A stretch of 64,000 nucleotides of DNA from Macrostomum hystrix (taxonomy: Eukaryota > Animalia > Platyhelminthes), in assembly GCA_950097015.1 (NCBI GenBank), contig CATNEN010000038.1, positions 32,612,001 through 32,676,000 of the forward strand. The letters run 5' to 3'. Numbering within the stretch: the first letter of the stretch is position 1; each line of letters starts with the position of its first letter. Position numbers and translations under genes: made by a program. The notes under the pieces are model-generated. The model ran no database searches. It was given only the letters and a program-made list of their open reading frames with translations, and had not been told where the DNA came from. Positions 12,201 through 26,000 of the stretch are shown here, piece by piece.

Positions 12201-15200
12201 TTCCGCTAAGCACGTGATGTGGAGAGGTTGTCAGTAGAATTGTGAAATTAGGGTGGTGGGTTATTTTTTGTACTTTAAGAGAATATTAGCTTGGCCGCTG
12301 GGCGCTCTTGGTTAAATAGCAATCTAAACAATATTTTTTTCCATTTGATGACTCGTATGTAAAAACAATAAATTGCCCCTTCACCCCAAATAAAAAAGTT
12401 GTTTACCAGGCTGAAAAAGGCTTTAAGCAACCGAAACGCTGAATGCTGCCCCCCTCCTAGTTCGGCTAACGGAATGACTCACCATCACCCAGCCGCTCAA
12501 TTATTGTGTCGCGCAAAACTGATAAGAACAACCCTAAAAAACTCTTACCCCTAAGTCCAAACCCCCCGCCAATCTCACTAAACAGAGCGCCAGCCTGGCC
12601 ATCGTTCGCACCCCAGCCAATCGGAAGCGAGGAGGAGCTAATGGAGGGGTTGGTGGCGCCGCCCCAGCCGGAGGAAACGCAGTCGGAGTGACGCTCCACC
12701 CGGGGGCTTATTTTAACCGTCTGCCCTCGCTTCGTGCTGCGCGAAGGCTGAGACGCCGCTATCTGCAGCTGCTTCACCACCACAGCCAGGCCCAGTCGGT
12801 CAGCTTGACAAGCTCCAGTCGGAAGCGCGTCAATCTGACTGGGATGAGCCAGACTCGCGAAGGCAAGCGAGGACGCAGGGAGAGCTCCGTGCTCCACCGC
12901 TGCGATCAGTGCAACAGGAAATGCTTCGGCAAGAAGAATCTCGTGATCCACAGGGCCACCTGCCACGGCACGCCGCCTCAGAAGACCATCTACTGCTGCC
13001 TTGGCCGCATGCAGGACGGAGCCCCGTGTGGCGAAAAGGACGAAGATCTGGCGACAATGAAACGTCACGTGATGATCAACCACATCAAGATTGACCCGTA
13101 CATCTGCAAGCTGTGCAATCCGGGAGCCATTTTCACAGTCGGCCTCGATGACAAGCATCTGCACAAGCAGCACGGCAGCTTCTGCACCAGGGAGAACGCG
13201 CACAGGCATCTGCTGCAGCAGAGCAGCCATGAGTACATTGCGGACATGCGAAGGCGCTTGAATCCAAATTCTGATGACACTTCAACGATGCGAGACCAGA
13301 AGCTAGACCAGTGGCGCTCTTTTGCCGCTCACGTTAAGAAAGAATTCTGCGGCGTCGTGCGGGTGAGCGATGACCTGAAGCAGCGCCTGATCGGAGACGA
13401 GAACAGCTCGTGCAACGTGTGCCAGCTGGACCTCGGCTCGCCCGAGGCTCTGCGCTCGCACTTCGAGGCCCGGCCGAGCTGCGAGATTCGATTCGCCTGC
13501 CCGCACTGCTCACACGACCTGCTGGGACCGGAGCAGTTCCTGGAGCACCTGAAGGTCAAGCACCTGGACTGCAGCACCACGGAACCGAGGGCTTGTGTCA
13601 CCAAGAAGGTCGTCTGGCTGAAGCGACCCCGCCAGAGGCCAACGAAGACTGCGGAGGAGCAGCCGCTGGACCTATCCGTGGCGGCCGTGGCTGCGTCCGT
13701 GACGGCGAAGGACGAGAGCACAGTCAGCGCTATCAACGACTCCGGCTGTCCGCAGACCCCGGCCAAGGACGCCGCTGTGCTGAACCCGTTCCTGAGTGCG
13801 TGGACTTCGCCTCTGTGGCCCGGCCTCTTTACCTGGCCCTTCAGCTACCCGCCACAGCTGCTGGCACCGAGCACGCTTCCGGCCATTGACACTCAAGCTG
13901 CTGCTGTTGCTGCTGCCGCCGCTGCTGCCACATCGACTCCGGCGATCCCTGAACCTGTGCTTGGAGACGCCCCGACTGTCTCTTCGGCATCGTCTGGGAT
14001 TTCAAAGCTGCAGCGCCGGTCTGAGGAGGCGTCGGATGCTGCGGCGACGCCAGGCCGAGCCAGCAGCCTCGGCTGTGGCGGCGGCAACTCGAACAGCGAC
14101 AGCGAGAGCGACGCGGGCCCGCTGAAGAAGAAGGCCAAGAAGAACTCTTACAAGGACGCGCCGAACCTGATCTTCTGCCCGTTCAGCAACTGCAAGCAGT
14201 CCTTCCCGTGGATGTCCTCCCTGAAACGGCACATCATCACGCACACCAGCCACAAGCCTTACTGCTGCACCAGGTGCTCGCAGTCCTTCTCCACCAAGTC
14301 CAACCGGGAGCGCCATATGGAGCGAATCCACCACATCAAGGTGAAGGGCAAGGTCAAGGACAACCCGCACGCCGCACTGAGCAGCGAGGAGCTCAGCACC
14401 TTCTTCGAGCACGACAAGGTCGCGGAGAAGATCGGCGAGGAGCTGCTCAACCAACTCGGCAACAATGTCGTCACCTCCGTCAACCCGCAGAGGCTGCTGC
14501 ATCGGGCCGACTGCGACCAGGACTCGGCCTGCGACAAAGACTCGGCCCTGTCCGCCAGCCCCGGCGGCTCCGGTGGCCACCAGTCACTTTCCGCCAGCGG
14601 TGCTTCCGCCGCAGCCACCGCCGCGGCCATCGTCTCAGCCGAAGTCGCTAGTCTTCGCTCGGTGTACAAATGCCCGGAGTGCCAGTTTGCCAGCGGAAAT
14701 CGTCGCGACGCCTTGGAGCACCTGCGCAGCCGGCACGGCGAGGTCTGGCAACTCGTTGCCGCGCGCAGTCGCTTAGCAACGGTGGACGCCGTCATGGCTG
14801 ACGGCGCCGCGGCGCCCTGCTCAGACGAGGACGAAGCCGACGACGAAGTTAGTGCTGGCAAAGCTGAAGAGGCTCGCATCGAGGACGAGTTCGAAGACAA
14901 TGACGAAGCTGTCGCTGCGTTTGGCGCCGTCCACACCGAGGAGGAAGAGGACAACGCTGACGAGGACGATGATGACGCAGGATCCGCGGAGGGCAACCGG
15001 CTGCTCTGCCTGGTCTGCAGCGCCCGACTCTGGTCACGCAGGCAGCTGCGGGGTCACATGCGTGGCCACACTGGCTGCAAGCCGCACAGGTGAGCGCTCT
15101 CAATGTCTCACCTGTTGATCTTATTATCTAACCTTTCTATCTCAGTATCTCACTTGTCAATCTCAGTATCTCACCTGTCCATCTCAGTATCTCACCTGTC

Positions 15201-15581
15201 CATCTCAATATCTCACCTGTCAAACTCAGTATCTCACCTATCAATCTCAATGGCTCACCTGTCAATCTCAATGGCTCACCTGTCGCTCTAGATGTTTGAT
15301 TTGATTCTCAAAATCTCACAATAGTCTCTCACCTGCATCTGTCACTCAGGTGCAGCCTGTGTAGCCGAGCCTTTCGCCTCCGTCAAACTCTCTGCCGTCA
15401 TCTGTTCGCTCGTCATCCCGAGGAGATGCTTAAATTCAGACGCAAGCAAATGCAGTCAGCCGAGCAGCAGGGCCTGCTGTTCCAGCCTTGGCAGCCGTTT
15501 CAACTCGACCAACAGAAATCAATCAGTCGTCGCGAGTCGCCAATCAATCTGCGAATCGATACTGGCAGTTCGTCCTCTTAA
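9262..15581 (+). CDS. RREB1: RREB1/hindsight(pebbled)-like C2H2 zinc-finger transcription factor; exons 9262-9611, 10603-10822, 11400-12091, ~12586-15089, 15350-15581 (true start uncertain, ATG at 9300 possible)
   Basis: Diagnostic fingers [45 protein letters not shown] and FPWMSSLKRHIITHT..FSTKSNRERH; PLDLS CtBP motif; GT-AG sites with matching phases 0,1,0,2. Confidence 0.9.
10831..11394. repeat. 20-bp minisatellite (TGTCTAACACCTGATACCC) filling an RREB1 intron
   Basis: Tandem periodicity between donor 10823 and acceptor 11399. Confidence 0.95.
15105..15290. repeat. Degenerate 21-bp intronic repeat (TCTCACCTGTCAATCTCARTR)
   Basis: Tandem periodicity in the last RREB1 intron. Confidence 0.85.
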
Positions 15582-16544
15582 ATCAAATTTTTTACTGCTT
15601 CTGACCGCTTCCAAAATGTCGATTTAGTTTTTATTTAGCCACGCTTTTTATTACACAATGTACTACTGACCAGTGCGCCACTGGTAAGTAGTATTAGCAT
15701 ACGGAATTCTTCCATTATTCTTTGTAGTTTTTCATTTTTACAGAAAATTTATCTCTTTCGCTCCATCGCTCGCTTGGTGACAGGTTTAACGCGCAATGAA
15801 CCGCTTGATGTTCCTGATTTCTGCTTCCGTTATACCTTATTCGCCGCAACTTCTACTTCCAATGGAGGCAATTTTTGCAACCGTTTTTTCAACGGTTTTC
15901 TTTTTTCCGCCGCGCATATCTTCTGCTTGTTACTTTACTTGCTTGTATTCAGTAGCATATATTGGTGTTGGTTGTGCAATATACATTTTTATATAAAAAA
16001 ATGCAATTAAGTAAAAAAATTTCTGTGCAATACTAATGATTTATTATTTTTTTAAAGAGCAGTGGAGCTCATTTGAGTAAGTTTTTTTTCTAGAATTGCA
16101 CTCTTTTTGTTATTATCACCACAGCACGGTAACTGGGTATAATTTAACGCATATTATGTTTCCGAGTGTTGTGCTAGTTAAAAGCGAAAAAAATGTTTTA
16201 GAAAGCTATAATCAAACACTAATCAATTCTTCCTCAACTTGTAGGCCGAAATCCACATTTTTAGTCATTGATTAATTGGATTGCAAGTTTGTTTTTATGA
16301 TTGTAAAATAACAATTATTGCTCTAGTTTATGTCTAGTGGAATTCCACTGAGGTGTAGAAAGGCTGACTTCACGTTAAATCATTTTTCCTATCCTTATAA
16401 TGATAAAAACCAGAAAAATACACACATACTACTATTATTAGTGATAGCATTAGCGTATTCATTCTTGTTTAATTCTAAGAAATCACATCAAACTTATTGG
16501 TTTCCACTTACTTTCTTCATTCCTGTCCGAAAATCTACTCCTGT

Positions 16545-17110
16545 ACCTAACTCCTACCCCTGTCCCTGACTCCTACCCCTGTCCCTGACTCCCTACCCCT
16601 GTCCCGGACTCCCTATTCCTGTCCCTGACTCCCTGTCCCAGACTCCCTACCCCTGTCCCAAACTCCCTACCCCTGTCCCTGACTCCCTACCCCTGTCCCT
16701 GACTCCCTACCCCTGTCCCTGACTCCCTACCCCTGTCCCTGACTCCCTACTCCTGTCCCTGACCCCTGTCCCAAACTCCCTACCCCTGTCCCTGACTCCC
16801 TACCCCTGTCCCTGACTCCCTACCCCTGTCCCTGACTCCCTACCCCTGTCCCTGACTCCCTACTCCTGTCCCTGACCCCTGTCCCAAACTCCCTACCCCT
16901 GTCCCTGACTCCCTACCCCTGTCCCTGACTCCCTACCCCTGTCCCTGACTCCCTACTCCTGTCTCTGACCCCTGTCCCAAACTCCCTACCCCTGTCCCTG
17001 ACTCCCTACCCCTGTCCCTGACTCCCTACCCCTGTCCCTGACTCCTACCCCTGTCCCTGACTCCCTGTCCCTGACTCCCTGACTGCCTGTCCCTGTCCCT
17101 GACTTCCTAT
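16545..17110. repeat. 20-bp minisatellite (CCCTGACTCCCTACCCCTGT)
   Basis: Tandem periodicity; G-rich on the minus strand. Confidence 0.93.
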
Positions 17111-17842
17111 TTATTTCTCTGACAATTGCTCTGATTTTTGACACCCGTTCTTTGTCCCCTGACAATTGTCAGCGTTGCGCACCCTAATGCGTAGATAAAG
17201 TTTGAAAGCAGGCATTTCTTGCAGCAAGCAGATTTCAATCTTACGTCCACACAGGTGTATGTTCGATTAGCAGCATAAGCTATTTATAATTTTCAGTTTT
17301 ACTTACTACCCTGCTGTACTTGCTTGTGCTGATGCTGTTGCTGCTTCATTTCGAGTCAAAATCTGTTTAGGCAATCATAATTACACATTTGGCTCTTAAC
17401 TTTTCGGTCCTAACAAAGCGAAGTATTACAAATGTATATCAGTTACGCAACCATTTGATTACAGCGAAACTCAACTTACACGAGCTTGCAGTGCGCAGCA
17501 GCTACAGAAAAAAGACATTTTTTCTGGTTACACCATGGAGAGTCAACATGAAGATTTGCATAGCCAGCAACTGCAGCCAAGGCGTCCGAGCTTAATTTAA
17601 CTGGTGGAGGTTCATTGTTTATAGATTCGAAGGATTTCTACCGTACATTCGCATGTCCATAGATAGAGATTTCATTATACAATGCGACTGCATTATAACT
17701 GCCAATCAGTTAACAACACTTGGATTTAAACCTGAGCGAAGACAGTGTTTATCATATGAACCTCGCGATTCCACTAGAAATTCAAGCTAATAAAGCTTTT
17801 TAAAATTCAATCCTGAGTATGAATAATTCGATCGCAAGCAAA

Positions 17843-20800
17843 ATGCTTCAATTCATGTTGGCCTGCACTCTCCTGCTAACAGCTTTGCCTAGCTTTTCTG
17901 AGGCCCTAATGAAACAGGAGGTGAGTCTAGTTAAATATCAATAGTCTATATCTATATCACTCCTCTGCCTTGCAGGTCTCACCACCCTGCATCTCTCACT
18001 ACCCTGCATCTCTCACTACCCTGCATCTCTCACTACCCTGCATCTCTCACTACCCTGAATCTCTCACTACCCTGCATCTCTCACTACCCTGCATCTCTCA
18101 CTACCCTGCATCTCTCACTACCCTGCATCTCTCACTACCCTGCATCTCTCACTACCCTGCATCTCTCACTACCCTGCATCTCTCACTACCCTGCATCTCT
18201 CACTACCCTGCATCTCTCACTACCCTGCATCTCTCACTACCCTGCATCTCTCACTACCCTGCATCTCTCACTACCCTGCATCTCTCACTACCCTGCATCT
18301 CTCACTACCCCGCATCTCTCACTACCCTGCATCTCTCACTACCCTGCATCTCTCACTACCCTGCATCTCTCACTACCCCGCATCTCTCACTACCCTGCAT
18401 CTCTCACTACCCTGCATCTCTCACACTACCCCGCATCTCTCACTACCCTGCATCTCTCACTACCCTGCATCTCTCACTACCCTGCATCTCTCACTACCCT
18501 GCATCTCTCACTACCCTTTATCTCCCAGCAGTTTCTTAATCTAGCCGCTCTTCATCTCTCCCGTGCAGTACCCCATGGAGCTGGAACTGTTGCTGAAGTC
18601 TTACTCAGTAGTAACAGGTAACAACTACTACAAGTGCAGCGTCAATGCTGGAAATATCAGAGAGAGCATGTGCGGCTATCAGCTGCAGGTGGAGGCCTCG
18701 AGCGACGGGTAAGTCCAAGTTAATCTGCGCTAGGTGTGACTCACATATGAGATTATTAGACTGTAGGGTGAGATTCTCATGTGAGATTGTTAATTCTCAT
18801 GTGAGAATACTACTACTGACTATTTAATCTAAAAAATTCAAACAAACACAAATCGGCAGGGTTCAAGTTGGCTACGTGCTGTTCGACAAGCAGGTCTACT
18901 CAGCCGAATTGAAATTCAGCCAGCGAGATGACGGGTTTAGAAACCCCATCAGATTTAACTTAACTAGTTTTCCGGTGAGTGCAGATAAGAAATGAGAAGG
19001 GGAGACAGACATGAGAAGGGGAGACAGAGATGAGAAGGGGAGACAGAGATGAGAAGGTAAGACAGAGATGAGAAGGGAAGACAGAGATGATAAGGGGAGA
19101 CAGAGATGAGAAGGGGAGACAGAGATGATAAGGGGAGACAGATATGAGAAGGGGAGACAGAGATGAGAAGGGGAGACAGAGATGAGAAGGGGAGACAGAG
19201 ATGATAAGGGGAGACAGATATGAGAAGGGGGGACAGATATGAGAAGGGGAGACAGAGATGAGAAGGGGAGACAGAGATGAGAAGGGGAGACAGAGATGAT
19301 AAGGGGAGACAGATATGAGAAGGGGGGACAGAGATGAGAAGGGGAGACAGAGATGAGAAGGGGAGACAGAGATGAGAAGGGGAGACAGAGATGAGAAGGG
19401 GAGACAGAGATGAGAAGGGGAGACAGAGAGTAGAAGGGAAGACAGAGAGGAGAAGGGGAGACAGAGATGAGAAGGGAAGACAGAGAGTAGAAGGGAAGAC
19501 AGAGAGTAGAAGGGAAGACAGAGATGAGAAGGGGAGACAGAGATAAGAAGGGGAGACAGAGATGAGAAGGGGAGACAGAGATGAGTAGGGGAGACAGAGA
19601 GTAGAACGGAAGACAGAGATGAGAAGGGGAGACAGAGATGAGAAGGGAAGAGAGAGATGGATAAAAATGTAAATACTGTGACGTAATCATTTCTATCTTT
19701 TTTTCTCAACAATCCCAAGAACAATGTGACGGTTAGTCTGACTATGCACTACTATTCGGCCGACGAAAGAAAAATTGCTCAAGTATTTCACGCGGAATTC
19801 AGCAGTCACGACCTTTCAACTATTTTTTCCACTGATAGGGTTGCCAGGCAGGCTGGCATGTCCAGGTTTGCACCCTGAGTCAAATAAATATTTTCTCTAG
19901 GTTTTTTAAGCGGAAGATGTGAGTTAGAGGATGTGAGTGAGAGGATGTGAGTGAGAGGATGTGAGTGAGAGGATGTGAGTGAGAGGATGTGAGTTAGAGG
20001 ATGTGAGTGAGAGGATGTGAGTTAGAGGATGTGAGTGAGAGGATGTGAGTTAGAGGATGTGAGTGAGAGGATGTGAGTGAGAGGATGTGAGTGAGAGGAT
20101 GTGAGTTAGAGGATGTGAGTGAGAGGATGTGAGTGAGAGGATGTGAGTGAGAGGATGTGAGTGAGAAGATGTGAGTTAGAGGATGTGAGTGAGAGGATGT
20201 GAGTGAGAGGATGTGAGTGAGAGGATGTGAGTTAGAGGATGTGAGTGAGAGGATGTGAGTGAGAGGATGTGAGTTAGAGGATGTGAGTGAGAGGATGTGA
20301 GTGAGAGGATGTGAGTGAGAGGATGTGAGTGAGAGGATGTGAGTTAGAGGATGTGAGTGAGAGTATGTGAGTGAGAGGATGTGAGTGAGAGGATGTGAGT
20401 GAGAGGATGTGAGTTAGAGGATGTGAGTGAGAGGATGTGAGTTAGAGGATGTGAGTGAGAGGATGTGAGTTAGAGGATGTGAGTGAGAGGATGTGAGCGA
20501 GAGGATGTGAATGAGAGGATGTGAGTGAGAGGATGTGAGGGAGAGGATGTCAGTTAGAGGATGTGAGTTAGAGGATGAAGAATGAAGAAGGTGAAGAATT
20601 AATTAATGAAAAAATCGAGAGCAGAGTTAGAACTCATTTCTTATTTCTAGTTTTGGGTTTAGCGTCCGAATCGTGTGCCGTCCGAACTATTACGACCTGG
20701 ACTGTGGCACTTACTGTCGAGCTGAAAACCCATTGCAGTCCTGCAGTAGCATTGGAGAACTGCTCTGCGTCACCGCTAATGGGGAATTCGCTACAGGTGA

Positions 20801-21906
20801 GGAAGTTAAATCCTATGCTATTTTATGGGTGAAGGAAGATAAAATCTCACTCTGGGTGGAAGATGAAGACATTCAACTTGACCTTGAAATGTAACTTCAT
20901 AGGCTCTCCGCAACCGTGCAGCTCCGTTTCAAAGCCAATGACAACAACATCGAAAGAGACCGACTCGAATGTCAGCACAGCACGAGCTAAGGAGAACATC
21001 GAGGAAATAGATTCTATGCACTTGACTTTAATGATTGGCGGCGCGATCCTCATCGTTCTGCTGCTAGTCTCCGGGCTGTGCGTGGTATTGGTTACGAAGA
21101 TCGCTGGCAGTAAACGGAAAACTGCTCAACAGTCTCAAACTAACGGGTAATGTAGTTAGCACTGATTCACTGATAAAAACCGTTTTATGAATCTACGAGT
21201 AATCCGATCCGTATGTTCTATAAATGAAAAATTATATATAGGACTAGCTTTTAAGCCCCCTCATTTCTGAATTTTGATCCCGTTGCTGCAATTCTCAGAA
21301 TCCGCTCTATCGATTCCTCGAATCTGTCTCGTCGATTCCTCGAAATCTCTCCTTCGATTCGTATAATCTCAGCTTAGTCTGTCTCTCATTCAATAAAGGA
21401 TAATTTATTTGTCTATTTTTTTATCGAATCCTGACAGAAGCGGGCAGTCGTCGTCTGCTCAACGGCCAATTTCTTTGCAAACAGCTGGAAATTCATCTGT
21501 CGGCGCCCATTTCGACAACAGCGTCGTCTATACAGTTGGCGGTCACTTTGGCGCAAACCAACAGTTTGCATATGGCGATGTACAACCATACAGGCAGCAG
21601 CAGCAGCAGCAGCTATTATTGAACAATGAGCTCGGTCAACAGCAGCAGCGCGGATGCGGCAGCGGTAGCAGCGGAAACTGCTCAGCAAGTTGCGGCAACA
21701 CCGGCTACGAGTGTGTCCGTCTTCCAGACGGTGCTGAAATGGTTGATCTGGGCCACGCCATCTTTGAAGGCATAGGCGCCAGCCACCACATGACAGCCGG
21801 CACTCTGCCTTGCAGCCGGTCGCCAATGCAGTTCGAACAGACGGACAATGTTCGGTCGGTATCCCGCTACGGCACTGGACGCAACGTTGTTGCTTATAGG
21901 TTATAG
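17843..21906 (+). CDS. Delta/Serrate-like (DSL) type I membrane protein without EGF repeats; exons 17843-17920, 18569-18708, 18860-18974, 19720-19865, (possible microexon 19901-19918), 20651-20796, 20903-21146, 21438-21906
   Basis: Signal peptide MLQFMLACTLLLTALPSFSEA; MNNL/C2-like ELELLLKSY..C..C and NPIRFNLTSFP; DSL-like FSVRIVCRPNYYDLDCGTYC..SC..GELLC; TM helix LMIGGAILIVLLLVSGLCVVLV; all splice phases consistent. Confidence 0.8.
17977..18528. repeat. 17-bp intronic minisatellite (CTCTCACTACCCTGCAT)
   Basis: Tandem periodicity. Confidence 0.95.
18990..19655. repeat. 20-bp purine-rich intronic minisatellite (GAGACAGAGATGAGAAGGGG)
   Basis: Tandem periodicity. Confidence 0.95.
19916..20577. 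repeat. 14-bp intronic minisatellite (GATGTGAGTKAGAG)
   Basis: Tandem periodicity; each unit has GTGAGT. Confidence 0.95.
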
Positions 21907-23073
21907 GCTTCGAATTTTAATGATTTCTCGACTATTGAAAGCAGAAAAGACGACTTTGATTAGATATAAGCATTATAGTGTTAATAATTATGAGCCCTTG
22001 GGAACTAATTGTTTTGCTGAAGGACACAACTTGCTTCCGTTGGTCTGAGATTTCTATTCCTCAAACCATTCGGATAGCAGGTGGAATAGAAAAGTTAGTA
22101 CATTGGACTAGCTTTTTTGCCCCCTTTTTCATCGGTGTTTTCAGTTGTTCATTTGTTAACAAATTCGATTGATTCATTTTTGCTTTGATTTTCTATGCTG
22201 CTTCTTAACATTAATTTCTAATAAACACCAATATAAATAGAATGACAGTACTTTGATTAAAGTTTTTAAGACCGCTTTTAAGCGTGAACATTTGAATATC
22301 CGATACTTCAGCTCTCTATATGCTTTCGTGTACAAATTCACAGTCTATTGGTGACATTCTTGTTATTACTTCTTAACTTTATGTTGTTTATTATCAAAGT
22401 TGCAAAAAAATTGAACGACTGCTTGCCAATGCTTGTGACGAGGAACTGCAAGTCAATAACGAAAAAATCACTTGAATTACAGTGCTGCTGAGTTTATTGT
22501 GTATCTGTATCGATTAGCTAAAAATTAGTTTTTTTGTACTTTTAAAGAAAGAAACTGTACCATATACCATATATTTGACTCAGTTTCAAAAAAGTGCATT
22601 CAGTAAAATACCAAAGAATGAAATTGAAATACCAAATACAATAACTATTTGTTTCAATGAACATCATTCATTTCAAAAGCACGAGGAAATCACGAGTTGC
22701 GGAAATGACGATAAGTTTTTCACCTATCTCAGTATTTTGTCACGGCTATTTTTGTTTTTAACTTTGGCAGACGATTGTGATACAAGTTATAAAAAATATC
22801 TGCTGTGTCATATCCTGCTGTGCATGACCTCTTTCAGTAGCCAAAATGCCAAATCGAGTGTGATGTGTAGATAAAACAGCATACTTACTGGCTTCAATTT
22901 CAGACTAAAGTTTCAGGAAATTACACAAAGTTACATGCAGTAAAAATGTCTAGTAGGAGTAGTAAGGTAGGCAATGAAGCAGGCAAGAGGTAAAACAAAA
23001 ATATTTGGAACTTCTGAACAAGAAAATATTATGAAAGAACCATCATAATTCAATCGGGTTTAAGAGACCAACT

Positions 23074-26000
23074 TCTCATCAAACCGGTCATAGAGAGACT
23101 AAGAACTCATCAAACCGGTCATAGAGAGACTAACCACTCATCAAACCGGTCATAGAGAGACCATAACCACTCATCAAACCGGTCATAGAGAGACTAACAA
23201 CTCATCAAACCGGTCATAGAGAGACTATAACCACTCATCAAACCGGTCATAGAGAGACTATAACCACTCATCAAACCGGTCATAGAGAGACTATAACCAC
23301 TCATCAAACCGGTCATAGAGAGACTATAACTATAACCCTTCATCAAACCGGTCATAGAGAGACTAAACAACTCATCAAACCGGTCATAGAGAGACTAACA
23401 ACTCATCAAACCGGTCATAGAGAGACTATAACCACTCATCAAACCGGTCATAGAGAGACTATAACCACTCATCAAACCGGTCATAGAGAGACTATAACCA
23501 CTCATCAAACCGGTCATAGAGAGACTATAACTATAACCCTTCATCAAAACCGGTCATAGAGAGACTAAACAACTCATCAAACCGGTCATAGAGAGACTAA
23601 CAACTCATCAAACCGGTCATAGAGAGACTATAACCACTCATCAAACCGGTCATAGAGAGACTATAACCACTCATCAAACCGGTCATAGAGAGACTATAAC
23701 TATAACCCCTCATCAAACCGGTCATAGAGAGACTAAACAACTCATCAAACCGGTCATAGAGAGACTAACCACTCATCAAACCGGTCATAGAGAGACCATA
23801 ACCACTCATCAAACCGGTCATAGAGAGACTATAACTATAACCCCTCATCAAACCGGTCATAGAGAGACTAAACAACTCATCAAACCGGTCATAGAGAGAC
23901 TAAACAACTCATCAAACCGGTCATAGAGAGACTAACAACTCATCAAACCGGTCATAGAGAGACTATAACCATTCATCAAACCGGTCATAGAGAGACTAAC
24001 AACTCATCAAACCGGTCATAGAGAGACTAACAACTCATCAAACCGGTCATAGAGAGACTAAACAACTCATCAAACCGGTCATAGAGAGACTAAACAACTC
24101 ATCAAACCGGTCATAGAGAGACTAGACAACTCATTAAACCGGTCATAGAGAGACCATAACCACTCATCAAACCGGTCATAGAGAGACTAACAACTCATCA
24201 AACCGGTCATAGAGAGACTATAACCACTCATCAAACCGGTCATAGAGAGACTATAACCACTCATCAAACCGGTCATAGAGAGACTAAACAACTCATCAAA
24301 CCGGTCAAAACCGGGTCATAGAGAGACCATAACCACTCATCAAACCGGTCATAGAGAGACTAACAACTCATCAAACCGGTCATAGAGAGACTATAACCAC
24401 TCATCAAACCGGTCATAGAGAGACTATAACCACTCATCAAACCGGTCATAGAGAGACTATAACCACTCATCAAACCGGTCATAGAGAGACTATAACTATA
24501 ACCCTTCATCAAACCGGTCATAGAGAGACTAAACAACTCATCAAACCGGTCATAGAGAGACTAACAACTCATCAAACCGGTCATAGAGAGACTATAACCA
24601 CTCATCAAACCGGTCATAGAGAGACTATAACCACTCATCAAACCGGTCATAGAGAGACTATAACTATAACCCCTCATCAAACCGGTCATAGAGAGACTAA
24701 ACAACTCATCAAACCGGTCATAGAGAGACTAACCACTCATCAAACCGGTCATAGAGAGACCATAACCACTCATCAAACCGGTCATAGAGAGACTATAACT
24801 ATAACCCCTCATCAAACCGGTCATAGAGAGACTAAACAACTCATCAAACCGGTCATAGAGAGACTAAACAACTCATCAAACCGGTCATAGAGAGACTAAC
24901 AACTCATCAAACCGGTCATAGAGAGACTATAACCATTCATCAAACCGGTCATAGAGAGACTAACAACTCATCAAACCGGTCATAGAGAGACTAACAACTC
25001 ATCAAACCGGTCATAGAGAGACTAAACAACTCATCAAACCGGTCATAGAGAGACTAAACAACTCATCAAACCGGTCATAGAGAGACTAGACAACTCATTA
25101 AACCGGTCATAGAGAGACCATAACCACTCATCAAACCGGTCATAGAGAGACTAACAACTCATCAAACCGGTCATAGAGAGACTATAACCACTCATCAAAC
25201 CGGTCATAGAGAGACTATAACCACTCATCAAACCGGTCATAGAGAGACTATAACCACTCATCAAACCGGTCATAGAGAGACTATAACTATAACCCTTCAT
25301 CAAACCGGTCATAGAGAGACTAAACAACTCATCAAACCGGTCATAGAGAGACTAACAACTCATCAAACCGGTCATAGAGAGACTATAACCACTCATCAAA
25401 CCGGTCATAGAGAGACTATAACCACTCATCAAACCGGTCATAGAGAGACTATAACTATAACCCCTCATCAAACCGGTCATAGAGAGACTAAACAACTCAT
25501 CAAACCGGTCATAGAGAGACTAAACAACTCATCAAACCGGTCATAGAGAGACTAACAACTCATCAAACCGGTCATAGAGAGACTATAACCATTCATCAAA
25601 CCGGTCATAGAGAGACTAACAACTCATCAAACCGGTCATAGAGAGACTAACAACTCATCAAACCGGTCATAGAGAGACTATAACCACTCATCAAACCGGT
25701 CATAGAGAGACTATAACCACTCATCAAACCGGTCATAGAGAGACTATAACTATAACCCCTCATCAAACCGGTCATAGAGAGACTAAACAACTCATCAAAC
25801 CGGTCATAGAGAGACTAAACAACTCATCAAACCGGTCATAGAGAGACTAACAACTCATCAAACCGGTCATAGAGAGACTATAACCATTCATCAAACCGGT
25901 CATAGAGAGACTAAACAACTCATCAAACCGGTCATAGAGAGACTAACAACTCATCAAACCGGTCATAGAGAGACTATAACCACTCATCAAACCGGTCATA

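Noticed and set aside
12461-12691. Apparent frameshift or readthrough at the start of the large RREB1 exon
   Set aside because: An in-frame acceptor (CTCACTAAACAG at 12585) explains it without recoding
12466-15103. Multiple antisense and alternate-frame ORFs over the RREB1 exon
   Set aside because: Expected shadows of GC-rich coding sequence
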